Source: a bacterium (lineage in GTDB: Bacteria > SZUA-182 > DTGQ01 > JAFGSM01). Taken from it: DNA of 46,251 bases. Made by a program: the position numbers and the translations under genes. Location: contig JBLIRP010000018.1 of NCBI GenBank assembly GCA_049472355.1, positions 1 through 46,251 of the forward strand, read 5' to 3'. Positions 28,509-38,087 of the stretch are shown here, one piece after another (the stretch's first letter is position 1; every line of letters begins with the position of its first letter). The notes under the pieces are model-generated. The model searched no databases. It was given only the letters and a program-made list of their open reading frames with translations, and was not told the DNA's origin.

Positions 28509-29207
28509 TCACGTGCCTTGATACCGGAGGGGATCGATAATGCCGGCCTCTTTGAATCCCTTGAGCCTCAACTGACAGCTATGGCACCTGCCGCAGGGAT
28601 GCCCTGCGGCGTCCGGCTGGTAACAGCTCGAGGTGATGCCGTAATCGACACCCAGGCGCACCCCGGTACGAATGATCTCGGCCTTTGACATATAAAGGAG
28701 CGGGGCGCGAATCCGGATTCCCCAGTTTTCAACGAGGCCGGCCTTCGTACCGAGGAGCGCCGCCCGCTCGAACGCCTCCAGAAACGCGGGCCTGCAGTCG
28801 GGATACCCGCTGTAGTCGAGCGCATTCACCCCGATAAAGACCTCCCGGGCGCCGATGGTCTCGGCCCAGGCAACGGCCAGGGAGAGGAGGATGAGGTTTC
28901 TGGCGGGCACATAGGTGCTGGGAATACGGCTTTTCCCCGTATCGTCGGGGATATCAACCGGCGTCGTGGGCACATCAAGTGAAGGGTCGGTCAGGCTGGA
29001 ACCGGCGATTCTCCCCATGTCCATGGAGAGGATGCAATGTTCGGCCACACCGAAGAAGGATGCCGCCCTTTTTGCGGCGTCGATCTCACTGGAATGCCGC
29101 TGTCCATACTGCACACTCAGGGCATAAATTTTGCGGCCCTCCTCCCGTGCAATGGCCAGGCAGGTGGTTGAGTCGAGCCCCCCGCTCACCAGACAGACCG
29201 CCTTCAT
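28509..29207 (-). CDS. queC: 7-cyano-7-deazaguanine synthase
   Basis: [34 protein letters not shown] 29207 overlaps the queE stop. Confidence 0.97.
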   Translation of the reverse strand: MKAVCLVSGGLDSTTCLAIAREEGRKIYALSVQYGQRHSSEIDAAKRAASFFGVAEHCILSMDMGRIAGSSLTDPSLDVPTTPVDIPDDTGKSRIPSTYVPARNLILLSLAVAWAETIGAREVFIGVNALDYSGYPDCRPAFLEAFERAALLGTKAGLVENWGIRIRAPLLYMSKAEIIRTGVRLGVDYGITSSCYQPDAAGHPCGRCHSCQLRLKGFKEAGIIDPLRYQGT

Positions 29208-29848
29208 ACCCCCCTCCTTTCCCCCCAGAGGATCCTGTGAAGCTGCACCTGAAACCTCACCTCCAGTTTCTCCTCGAGTATCCACTCCGCAAGATCCCGC
29301 GGTTCCAGACGGCCGGCAACAGGCGAGAAGAGGACCGCGGCCCGGGTGCAAATCCCGGAGCGTTCCACCAGGCCCTTCGCCCAGAGGAAATCCTCGCGGT
29401 TGCTGATAACGAACTTTACCTCGTCAAGGGGATTCACATGGTCAAGGTTGTGATAACGGTTTTTGCCGCTTTCGCCGCTACCCGGGCATTTCATGTCGAT
29501 CACCCTTCTGACCCGGCGGTCGATGGCGCTCACATCCAGGCTGCCGTTGGTTTCGAGGTATACGGTATGTCCGCGTTCCACCAGGCTTTCCAAAAGCCTC
29601 GGGGTCCCGGGCTGGATAAGGGGTTCGCCCCCGGTGACAAGCACGTGCCGGGGATAGGGGACCTTTACCCGGGAAAGGACCTCCTCGATCGAAAGCCGGG
29701 TGTGCTCGCTGAGGGCGAAGCGGGTGTCGCAATAGGAGCACCGGAGATTACACCCCCCCATTCGTACCAGGGTGCATGGCCACCCGCTGGCCCCCGACTC
29801 ACCCATCAGGGTTTCGTACACCTCACAGATATCGAACGAGACCGGCAT
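29204..29848 (-). CDS. queE: 7-carboxy-7-deazaguanine synthase (radical SAM)
   Basis: [25 protein letters not shown]; coupled to queC. Confidence 0.94.
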   Translation of the reverse strand: MPVSFDICEVYETLMGESGASGWPCTLVRMGGCNLRCSYCDTRFALSEHTRLSIEEVLSRVKVPYPRHVLVTGGEPLIQPGTPRLLESLVERGHTVYLETNGSLDVSAIDRRVRRVIDMKCPGSGESGKNRYHNLDHVNPLDEVKFVISNREDFLWAKGLVERSGICTRAAVLFSPVAGRLEPRDLAEWILEEKLEVRFQVQLHRILWGERRGV

Positions 29849-29850
29849 TC

Positions 29851-30585
29851 CTATCCCCCGTATCGCGGCATACTGTAAAGGAGCTGATCGACAAATCTAC
29901 GATTTATCCAGCAGGCCATGAGCACGGCGAGGTGAAACCGGATGGCGCCCAGGAGCTTCCCTGAGGGAACCCCCATCCGATGCCATCGCTTCCAGCACGA
30001 GGGATCGCACCAGGAAACAGGGGGAAGGACGGCGTCATAGGTATCCGAGACCCCTCTGGCCACCAGGGAGGGAATCCCCCGTTGTGCGAAGAACCGGGCG
30101 AAGTGATAGGATTCGAGGTCGACGCACCCTATATCGGGCGCCTTCAGGCGGAGGGCGCGCTTTTGCTCCGGGTCAAAGGCCCCGGCAACGGTCGCCGATG
30201 GACGAAAGTGAACCTTCGCCGTGCCAAACGCACCTGCGGCGGAACGGGCATGCACGAACATCGCCTCCGGTACGGTTTCCACCGATCCCTGCGGATGAAG
30301 CCGAATCTCTTGCGGTATGTTCAGGTGGGCCACCTTCATTTCGGGCACGAGGGCGCCTGTACAGCCGATGTTGATCGCAGCCGCTATCGCGCGGTCATCC
30401 GGAAGGTTGCTCAGTGCCCGGTGTATATTGCGCCTCCCTATGCCGGATTGAACAAGGAGCACCGGATGTTTCAGATAGATCCCCTTGACGAAGCGTGCCG
30501 ATCCGATGGCCCACTCCCTTTTCCTGCACATCCCTTTTTTGATCCAAAAGGTTTCGATTGGAGTGGCCCCGCAGATACAAATCAT
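29851..30585 (-). CDS. Nucleoside phosphorylase / MTA-SAH nucleosidase-like (HpnG-like) protein
   Basis: QSGIG, INIGCTGAL, VDLES and RGVSD motifs. Start moved to ATG 30585. Confidence 0.7.
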   Translation of the reverse strand: MICICGATPIETFWIKKGMCRKREWAIGSARFVKGIYLKHPVLLVQSGIGRRNIHRALSNLPDDRAIAAAINIGCTGALVPEMKVAHLNIPQEIRLHPQGSVETVPEAMFVHARSAAGAFGTAKVHFRPSATVAGAFDPEQKRALRLKAPDIGCVDLESYHFARFFAQRGIPSLVARGVSDTYDAVLPPVSWCDPSCWKRWHRMGVPSGKLLGAIRFHLAVLMACWINRRFVDQLLYSMPRYGG

Positions 30586-30955
30586 GGGGGATGTTTCATC
30601 GCGTTGCGTCACCTGTGTGCCCTCGTGTGTACGTCCTTGTCTATAGATTATCACGATTGCCGACGGCGAAAAAGGGGGCCTTCTGCGGACCGAATGGCAG
30701 TGTATCGGGGTGGGCATGACCGCGTAGACTCTCCGCACAAAGGTTCAAAACCGTCATTTGTGAGGATCATGAAAACACTTGAATCGATAAGCACTTCTGT
30801 GATACCATCAAATGGGCTGAGTATTTGGGTACCTTGTCGTTCATGCGGTTTAAGGCATTGTGGTCTGCTGCGGCACACACCCTGAATCCCTGAGGATGGT
30901 GACATGCGGGTGCATTATGCCGGGAACGCTTCAAAGATAGCATGTGAGGTAATTG

Positions 30956-31606
30956 ATGCCAGAGAATAAAATTAAGGTGGTACAGGAAAAACGAAGCAGG
31001 AAATCCGTCGCCTGGGAGTATATTGAGGCGATCATTATCGCCGTGATTTTGGCCTTCATAATCAGGAAGTTCGTTATTCAGGCCTATAAGATACCCTCCG
31101 GTTCAATGCTGGAGACATTACAGATCGGCGACCATATCCTGGTGAATAAGTTCATCTATTATTTCAAAGACCCGAAACGGGGCGATATCCTGGTCTTCAA
31201 ATATCCCAAGGATAAAAAAAGGGATTTCATCAAACGGGTGGTAGGTCTTCCCGGAGATACCCTGGAAATAAGGGATAAGGAGGTGTATATCAACGGCAGT
31301 CCCCTTGACGAGCCCTATGCGGTCTTCAAGGACAAGGAGAATATGTTCAACAAGAATCATCCCGCATACTATATCGATCCGTATGCGCGTAACAGGGATA
31401 ACTTCGGACCCAAGGTAATCCCTGAAGAGAATTATTTCATGATGGGAGATAACAGGGACTTCAGCCAGGACAGCAGATATTGGGGATTTTTGGACCGGGA
31501 GTTGATCGAAGGCAAGGCGCTCGTCATATACTGGTCCTGGAACGGGATCGAGGATAATTGGTTAAAGAAGGTTCGATGGGATAGAATCGGGGACACAATA
31601 CATTAG
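30956..31606 (+). CDS. lepB: Signal peptidase I
   Basis: IPSGSM, DFIKRVVGLPGD, MGDNRDFSQDSRYWG. Confidence 0.97.
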   Translation: MPENKIKVVQEKRSRKSVAWEYIEAIIIAVILAFIIRKFVIQAYKIPSGSMLETLQIGDHILVNKFIYYFKDPKRGDILVFKYPKDKKRDFIKRVVGLPGDTLEIRDKEVYINGSPLDEPYAVFKDKENMFNKNHPAYYIDPYARNRDNFGPKVIPEENYFMMGDNRDFSQDSRYWGFLDRELIEGKALVIYWSWNGIEDNWLKKVRWDRIGDTIH

Positions 31607-31922
31607 CCTTCCTGTTTCCATGCATCATGTACCCGCTGCGCATCAATGGTTCTGAGGCGAGTAGCGTCGTCGAATAACTCTCTGTAGTGCTTCCCGCAGG
31701 GTCATCTCTCAATACAGTGCGGGAAATGGCATTCCCTCTTCCCACACGATGTTGAGCACGTAAGCACTGCAGGCAACATGACGGATGCGGGCAATTCTTT
31801 CGCATTGGTGAATGGCGAGTTGTTACCACAGGGCATTTTTGCACTGTGTGTCCCGGAGATCCGAAAGATAACGAGATGCATGCTGCTATAAGGGATGTAA
31901 TCGAGGAAGGAGGAGAAATACC

Positions 31923-32870
31923 ATGCCCATTCATAAAGCAGTCTTTCCCGCCGCCGGGTTAGGGACCCGTTTTCTCCCTGCAACCAAATCCTCTCCCAAG
32001 GAGATGCTCCCCCTGGTTGACAAGCCGATGATCCAATATGTCGTGGAGGAGGCAATCGATTCCGGAATCGAGGATATTACCATCGTGACCGGCCGCGGAA
32101 AGCGGGCGATCGAGGATTATTTCGACATCTCCTTCGAACTGGAGCATGAGCTGGACAAAAAGGGCAAGCATGATCTCTTGAAACAGATGAAGGATATATC
32201 CACCATGGCCACCGTTTCCTATATCCGCCAGAAGGAGCCCCTCGGCCTCGGGCATGCCATCCTGGTGACCCGAAACCTGGTGGGCAACGAAACCTTCGCC
32301 GTTCTGCTCGGGGATGACATCATCGATGCAAATCCCCCCTGTCTCAAGCAATTGATCAATGTCTACGCCAAATTCAAATGCTCCGTCCTGGCGGTGCAGA
32401 GGGTGCCCAAGGAGCACATCTCGAGCTATGGCGTCATCAAGGCCCGCCATCTGGAGGAGAATGTCTATCAGGTCCTGGACCTGGTGGAAAAACCGGATGC
32501 GGACAAGGCCCCTTCGGATCTTGCCATCATCGGTCGCTATATTCTGACCCCCGAGATTTTCACCTGCCTCGAAGGGACCAGGAAAGACCGCACCGGGGAA
32601 ATCCAGCTCACCAACGGCCTTCGGCTTCTTCTGAAAAGGCAGGCCATTTTTGCCTGCGAATTCACGGGTGAGCGGTTTGATGCGGGCAACAAGATCGGAT
32701 TCTTAAAGGCCACGATCGAATTCGCACTGAAACGGCCCGATCTTGCCGATGAGTTCAGGTCGTATTTGAAGGAAAAGATACTGGGCGAGGGGGGTGATTC
32801 CCGTTTTAATCAGGAAAAAAGTCCGATTAAAAATGAGACGCCACGTGCGCACAATCACCCTGAAACATAA
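31923..32870 (+). CDS. galU: UTP--glucose-1-phosphate uridylyltransferase
   Basis: AAGLGTRFLPATK, KEMLP, PLGLGHA, VEKP, GEIQLT. Confidence 0.97.
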   Translation: MPIHKAVFPAAGLGTRFLPATKSSPKEMLPLVDKPMIQYVVEEAIDSGIEDITIVTGRGKRAIEDYFDISFELEHELDKKGKHDLLKQMKDISTMATVSYIRQKEPLGLGHAILVTRNLVGNETFAVLLGDDIIDANPPCLKQLINVYAKFKCSVLAVQRVPKEHISSYGVIKARHLEENVYQVLDLVEKPDADKAPSDLAIIGRYILTPEIFTCLEGTRKDRTGEIQLTNGLRLLLKRQAIFACEFTGERFDAGNKIGFLKATIEFALKRPDLADEFRSYLKEKILGEGGDSRFNQEKSPIKNETPRAHNHPET

Positions 32871-35333
32871 ATGAGATCACCCCAAAATCAAAAAGGAGAT
32901 CCTGACGTGCTGGAGAATGGACCTAAGAAAGACCAGGGTTCTGCCGCAATTCCTTCATGCATGCCGCTGCTTCCTGTTCGTGATATTGTCATCTACCCGT
33001 ACATGATCCTGCCTTTGTTTGTGGGTAGAGATAAGTCCATCAAGGCAGTCGAGGATTCCATGACGGGCTTTGACAGGAAGATATTTCTGGTTGCACAGAA
33101 GGATTCGAAGACCGAAGATCCTGCCCCCGAAGACATCTATACGTTTGGAACGATTGCGACCATCATCAAGCTGCTCCGCCTGCCTGACGGCAGGATCAAG
33201 ATACTGGTCCACGGTGTGATGCGTGGGGAGATCCAGAAATTCAAGCAGCAGAATCCCTATTTTCAGGCCAAGATCAAGCAGATCAACGAGCCGGATATGA
33301 GCGAGCATACCCTTGAGGTGGAGGCCCTGATGAGGAACGTCAAGGCCCAGTTGGAAAAGAGCGTCAACCTCGGGAAGGCCCTGCTTCCGGATGTGGTGGT
33401 CATCGCCATGAACATCGAGGACCCCGGCAAGCTGGCGGATTTGATCGTGTCCAATCTCGTGCTCAAGATCGATGAGTCCCAGAAGGTCCTCCAGACGTTC
33501 GATCCGGTCAGCAGATTGAAACTGGTGAACGAATACCTTTCCAAGGAATTGGAAGTGCTCGCAATGCAGAAAAAGATCCAGTCCCAGGCCAAGGAGGAGA
33601 TGGACAAGGATCATCGTGAATACATCCTTCGGCAGCAGTTAAAGGCCATTCAGCAGGAACTCGGACAGGTCGATGAAAAAACGGCGGAGATCGAGGAATT
33701 GAAGCAGCGGATCACCGATGCCAGGATGCCGAAGGAGGTCGAAAAGGAGGCCAGCAAACAGCTCATCCGGCTCGAACGGATGCATCCCGAGGCGGCTGAG
33801 GCGGGGATGCTTCGCAATTATGTCGAGTGGCTTGCCGATCTTCCCTGGAGCAAACACACGAAGGACAACCTGGATATTCAGCAGGCATCCAAGGTCCTGG
33901 ACGAGGATCACTATGACCTGGAAAAGGTCAAGGAACGGATATTGGAGTATTTGAGCGTACGAAAGCTTAAAAAACGGATGAAGGGCCCCATCCTCTGCTT
34001 TGTCGGCCCCCCCGGCGTCGGAAAGACCTCCCTGGGGAAATCCATTGCCCGTGCATTGGGCAGGAAATTCGTGCGCATCTCCTTGGGCGGGGTCCGGGAC
34101 GAGGCGGAGATCAGGGGACACCGGAGGACTTACATCGGCTCCCTCCCCGGGCGAATCATCCAGGGCATCAAACAGGCAGGCACGAACAATCCGATATTTA
34201 TGCTGGACGAGGTGGACAAGATCGGCGCCGATTTCCGGGGCGATCCATCCGCAGCCCTTCTCGAGGTGCTCGATCCCGAACAGAATTTCGCCTTTTCCGA
34301 TCACTACCTCGGGGTGCCCTTCGATTTGTCCAATGTGATGTTCATTACCACGGCAAACCTTCTTGATCCCATACTCCCGGCATTCAGGGACCGTATGGAG
34401 ATCTTACTCCTTACCGGCTATACCGAGATGGAGAAGCTGAAGATCGCGGAGCGATATCTCATCCCCAAGCAGATGGAGGAGAACGGGATAACCAATGAAC
34501 ATCTCACCATCTCCAAGGAGTCCGTACTCAAGGTCATCACCGAATATACCAGGGAGGCGGGGGTACGAAACCTGGAGAGAGAGATCGCCGCCATCTGCAG
34601 GAAGAGGGCGCGGAAGCTCGCCGAGGGCACGACCAAGACGGTGAGCGTCACCCCCCGTAATCTCTACCGTTACCTCGGCATCTCCAAGTTCAAGAAGGAA
34701 GAGGAGTATGAGGAGGATTCCGTGGGTGTTGCCACCGGGCTTGCCTGGACGGAATCGGGTGGGGACATCATCCATATCGAGGCAACCACCATGAAGGGAA
34801 AGGGGTGCCTCACCTTGACCGGTCATTTGGGTGACATCATGAAGGAATCCGCGCAGGCTGCATTCAGCTATGCCCGATCGAAGTGCGAGTACTGGGGAAT
34901 CACCGAGGATGCATACATGAACAGGGATATCCACATCCATGTGCCTGCGGGCGCCATCCCCAAGGATGGTCCGTCGGCGGGCGTTCCCATGGCCGTGTCG
35001 CTGGTCTCCGTCCTGACCAACAAACCCATTCCCCGTGATGTGGCCATGACCGGGGAGATAACCCTGCGCGGTCGGATCCTTCCGGTCGGCGGGCTCAAGG
35101 CGAAGGTGCTCGCCGCCAAGAGGGCGGGCATCACCACCGTGATTGTCCCGGAAAAGAACAAAAACGATATCGAGGATCTCGCAACAGAGGTAAAGTCAAA
35201 GGTAAAATTCGTCTTTACAAAGAATATGGACCAGGTACTGGAGGCCATATTCAATCATGGGACCTCGTTGACATCCCGCCCCTCCCGAAAGAACCCGTCA
35301 AGGGCACTGGAGGTCGAATACAGCCGCATATAG
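32871..35333 (+). CDS. lon: ATP-dependent Lon protease
   Basis: LPVRD N-domain, GPPGVGKTS, LDEVDK, PKDGPSAG. GTG 32907 (with an AGGAG SD) is an alternative start. Confidence 0.98.
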   Translation: MRSPQNQKGDPDVLENGPKKDQGSAAIPSCMPLLPVRDIVIYPYMILPLFVGRDKSIKAVEDSMTGFDRKIFLVAQKDSKTEDPAPEDIYTFGTIATIIKLLRLPDGRIKILVHGVMRGEIQKFKQQNPYFQAKIKQINEPDMSEHTLEVEALMRNVKAQLEKSVNLGKALLPDVVVIAMNIEDPGKLADLIVSNLVLKIDESQKVLQTFDPVSRLKLVNEYLSKELEVLAMQKKIQSQAKEEMDKDHREYILRQQLKAIQQELGQVDEKTAEIEELKQRITDARMPKEVEKEASKQLIRLERMHPEAAEAGMLRNYVEWLADLPWSKHTKDNLDIQQASKVLDEDHYDLEKVKERILEYLSVRKLKKRMKGPILCFVGPPGVGKTSLGKSIARALGRKFVRISLGGVRDEAEIRGHRRTYIGSLPGRIIQGIKQAGTNNPIFMLDEVDKIGADFRGDPSAALLEVLDPEQNFAFSDHYLGVPFDLSNVMFITTANLLDPILPAFRDRMEILLLTGYTEMEKLKIAERYLIPKQMEENGITNEHLTISKESVLKVITEYTREAGVRNLEREIAAICRKRARKLAEGTTKTVSVTPRNLYRYLGISKFKKEEEYEEDSVGVATGLAWTESGGDIIHIEATTMKGKGCLTLTGHLGDIMKESAQAAFSYARSKCEYWGITEDAYMNRDIHIHVPAGAIPKDGPSAGVPMAVSLVSVLTNKPIPRDVAMTGEITLRGRILPVGGLKAKVLAAKRAGITTVIVPEKNKNDIEDLATEVKSKVKFVFTKNMDQVLEAIFNHGTSLTSRPSRKNPSRALEVEYSRI

Positions 35334-35372
35334 GCGGGTGTCCCTCCCCGTCTGCCCTGATTGTGATGACCG

Positions 35373-35669
35373 CTACCGGAGTGTCACGATGGTGGCCCCC
35401 CACGAGCCTGCCTCGGGTGGGGCCAGGCGAAAGGATCGTACCAGGGGGGATCGTTTCAAGGCGCCATGGACCACCTCCCGCAACACCCCTGTCCCTTTAC
35501 CGTGGATGATCCTCACCTCGTGAAATCCCCTGCGCACACTCTCATTGAGATAGTCCTCCACCAGATCCTTCACCTCGTGAGGCCTGAAGGTGTGCAGATC
35601 CAGGGAATCGGTGATCGGCATCCGAAAGGGCTCTTCCGAATCAGGATTGTCGTGGTGCGTCTTTGACAT
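35373..35669 (-). CDS. Small Smr/MutS2-domain protein
   Basis: LDLHTF, IIHGKGTGVLR, GSWGATIV. Confidence 0.92.
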   Translation of the reverse strand: MSKTHHDNPDSEEPFRMPITDSLDLHTFRPHEVKDLVEDYLNESVRRGFHEVRIIHGKGTGVLREVVHGALKRSPLVRSFRLAPPEAGSWGATIVTLR

Positions 35670-35831
35670 GCCGTTCCCTTTATGCGGGGTTTTGCGCAGT
35701 TATCCTTCCGTTTCAATCCCCGCACGTGCGGTTAAGAACCATCAGGGCAGGGATGTATAGGCATGAAATCAACTGACTGGTTTTTTCAGGAACCTTCATC
35801 CTCTGCGCTGCGATCGGAATAGCACGTGCGG

Positions 35832-36533
35832 TCAAAAGCCGATGCCCCCGAAGCCTGAGGGGGGCGCCTGGCGCTTTTTTTTCTTCTTCTGGGTTGAATT
35901 GTGCGGTGTCTTCGGAAGGACATCGAACACGGATTTCATATTGGGATGACACCACAGGCAGGATTTGATGATGTCCTCGGACCGTGAAATGGTCGTTTCC
36001 GAAGGGACCCTCAAATAGCCGATATTCTGATTGGAGGGATGGGGATCGTGGCACCCCATGCAGGTCAATCGCTCCGATAGACCGCCGAAACCATCGGCCT
36101 TTTCCGGTAGTTTCACCATAACCGGCTCAATCCCGAAGGGGTGCTTTTTTTGCGGATCGATTACCCTGATCCCCTTGCCATATGGTGGAAGTGCATGGCA
36201 TTTCATGCACAGGGCATCGATTTTATCCATCTTCTCACCGGTATGGGGATTCATGATCTCGTCGGTGAGCGATTCGGGAAAAAGGGCCAGATCCTTGGCC
36301 GTATGGGCCCGGTGGCACATGGAGCAATTCTCGTGGCCCTGGCCTGCAACTGCAACCGAGGAGCACACCAGGAAAAGAAGGAGTATGATCAGGGGCGGGA
36401 TGCACGCCAGGGTCGACACGGAGAAAGAGGAGCGATCGCAGTTGTCCGCTGCGCATACCCTCCCCTGCCGGAGACGTCCATGCCCACGGGCTCCCCTTTT
36501 CAAGCGCACCTCACGTTCAATACGTACAGCCAT
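35832..36533 (-). CDS. Tetraheme c-type cytochrome, exported
   Basis: Four CxxCH motifs (CSMCH, CMKCH, CMGCH, CLWCH) after a hydrophobic signal segment. Start uncertain. Confidence 0.85.
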   Translation of the reverse strand: MAVRIEREVRLKRGARGHGRLRQGRVCAADNCDRSSFSVSTLACIPPLIILLLFLVCSSVAVAGQGHENCSMCHRAHTAKDLALFPESLTDEIMNPHTGEKMDKIDALCMKCHALPPYGKGIRVIDPQKKHPFGIEPVMVKLPEKADGFGGLSERLTCMGCHDPHPSNQNIGYLRVPSETTISRSEDIIKSCLWCHPNMKSVFDVLPKTPHNSTQKKKKKRQAPPSGFGGIGF

Positions 36534-36792
36534 TGTCTGTCGATTATATCCCCTATCCTTTCCACGTCGCCCTGTGGGATGTTATGCCTGAAGACACCCG
36601 CACCTATTATATCCGAAATATGTCCCGGGCGGTAGTTTCGATTATAACGGCCGATCGTTGCCGAATGCAATGATCCGAGTGCCGTTGTCCTTCGACGATC
36701 CCGAAATCGCTGCAAAAAGCCGATATACCTCATAGAGGAGGCAGTGGAGCTTGGACGGGCGGCAGCGGCCCGCAATTGAAACAGCCATAAGA

Positions 36793-36821
36793 TTGACGAA
36801 CCCCTTTTTTATAGATAATAT
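36793..36821 (+). promoter_or_regulatory. Putative sigma70 promoter upstream of HEPN-B
   Basis: TTGACG-N17-TAATAT. Confidence 0.5.
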
Positions 36822-36930
36822 AAGGAGGCTACAATGGATCTCGTTTTTTCCGGCATGGTATTTTACCGTGCCGTCCCGATTCAGCACGCTGCTAAGCAGT
36901 CACATTTACTTTTACAAGGAGGATCATACC

Positions 36931-37359
36931 GTGCATACTCCTAAAGATATTGCAGAGGCATACCTTTTGGAAAGCAGTGTCGATGTCCAGACAGCAAGGC
37001 TGACCCATGTCAACGGCCTTTACAGCAGAACCATTCATTTTTCTCAGGAAGCTGTGGAAAAGATCACCAAGGCCTGCCTGGCAATGAGGAATATCTTCAC
37101 GCGGGACCATAAGACCTCGACCCTTTTTATGGCCGTTTTCAGCGCCTCCATCCCTAATGCGGAAACGATCTATCAGGCGATGCTGAGTCTGGAGAAACAC
37201 GGTGCACGAGCACGATTCCCCCTCTATCAGAGGACGGATCTGCCCCTCTGGGTGCCTTCCAAGGTGTACGGGGAGGAGGAGTCAAAAGAGGCATTGGCCC
37301 AGGCCGAATACGTGTTTGAGTCCCTTAAGCCGTTCGTAGGACAGGAGCTCAATCAGTAA
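36931..37359 (+). CDS. HEPN domain protein, paralog B
   Basis: GTG start with AAGGAGG SD; about 68% identical to paralog A by manual ungapped count (97/142); R-X6-H (RNIFTRDH). Confidence 0.85.
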   Translation: MHTPKDIAEAYLLESSVDVQTARLTHVNGLYSRTIHFSQEAVEKITKACLAMRNIFTRDHKTSTLFMAVFSASIPNAETIYQAMLSLEKHGARARFPLYQRTDLPLWVPSKVYGEEESKEALAQAEYVFESLKPFVGQELNQ

Positions 37360-37376
37360 GGAAAGGTACATCGTAA

Positions 37377-38087
37377 TTGCTTCCCCTCAAGGATGATATA
37401 CCTTCACAGGGTTTTCCCTATGTCACGGTCGGTCTTATTCTCGTCAATTCCCTGATCTTTATCCTTCAAGTATCCATGGGCAGTAATGCCCGGACCTTTG
37501 TGACCGCCTTTGGGGCCACACCGTTCGAGTTGACCCGACATGTCGATATACCGCCCCGTATCCCGATCCCGGTATCCCTCACCCTTGTTACCTCCATGTT
37601 TCTGCACGGCGGTTTTTTTCATATCGGGGGCAACATGCTCTATCTGTGGATATTCGGGGACAATGTCGAGGACGCTATGGGCAGCGTTCGTTTCATGATA
37701 TTCTATCTCCTGTGCGGGGTCATCGCATCCCTGACCCATGTCGCGATTCAACCGCAGGCAACCACTCCCATGGTTGGGGCGAGCGGGGCGATATCAGGGG
37801 TGCTGGGGGCATATCTTCTCCTCTATCCCCATGCACGGGTGATCACTTTGATCATGTTTTTTTATTTTATACGGATCGTTAAGCTGTCCGCCCTGTTTGT
37901 CCTTGGTTTCTGGATTGTACTGCAGCTTCTGAGCGGTACAATGAGCCTCGGCAGAGAGATGGGGCGCGGTGGGGTTGCCTGGTTTGCACACATAGGAGGT
38001 TTCTTTGCAGGCATGTTGCTGGTGGCCATTTTTAAGAAGAAACGGGTCCGCTTCGGGATCCTGGACAGGCAACGATGGATGACGTAG
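37377..38087 (+). CDS. Rhomboid family intramembrane serine protease
   Basis: SMFLHGG, HIGGNMLYLWIFG, GASGA, AHIGGF. Confidence 0.95.
   Translation: MLPLKDDIPSQGFPYVTVGLILVNSLIFILQVSMGSNARTFVTAFGATPFELTRHVDIPPRIPIPVSLTLVTSMFLHGGFFHIGGNMLYLWIFGDNVEDAMGSVRFMIFYLLCGVIASLTHVAIQPQATTPMVGASGAISGVLGAYLLLYPHARVITLIMFFYFIRIVKLSALFVLGFWIVLQLLSGTMSLGREMGRGGVAWFAHIGGFFAGMLLVAIFKKKRVRFGILDRQRWMT

Noticed and set aside
30586..30950. preQ1 riboswitch ahead of the queE-queC unit
   Set aside because: No recognisable preQ1 stem with A-rich tail; an Rfam scan would be needed to exclude it fully.
31735..31800. Third copy of the asnA-upstream palindromic element
   Set aside because: Only about 10-nt matches (CTCTTCCCAC, GGCAATTCT) and no IR structure; compatible with chance.
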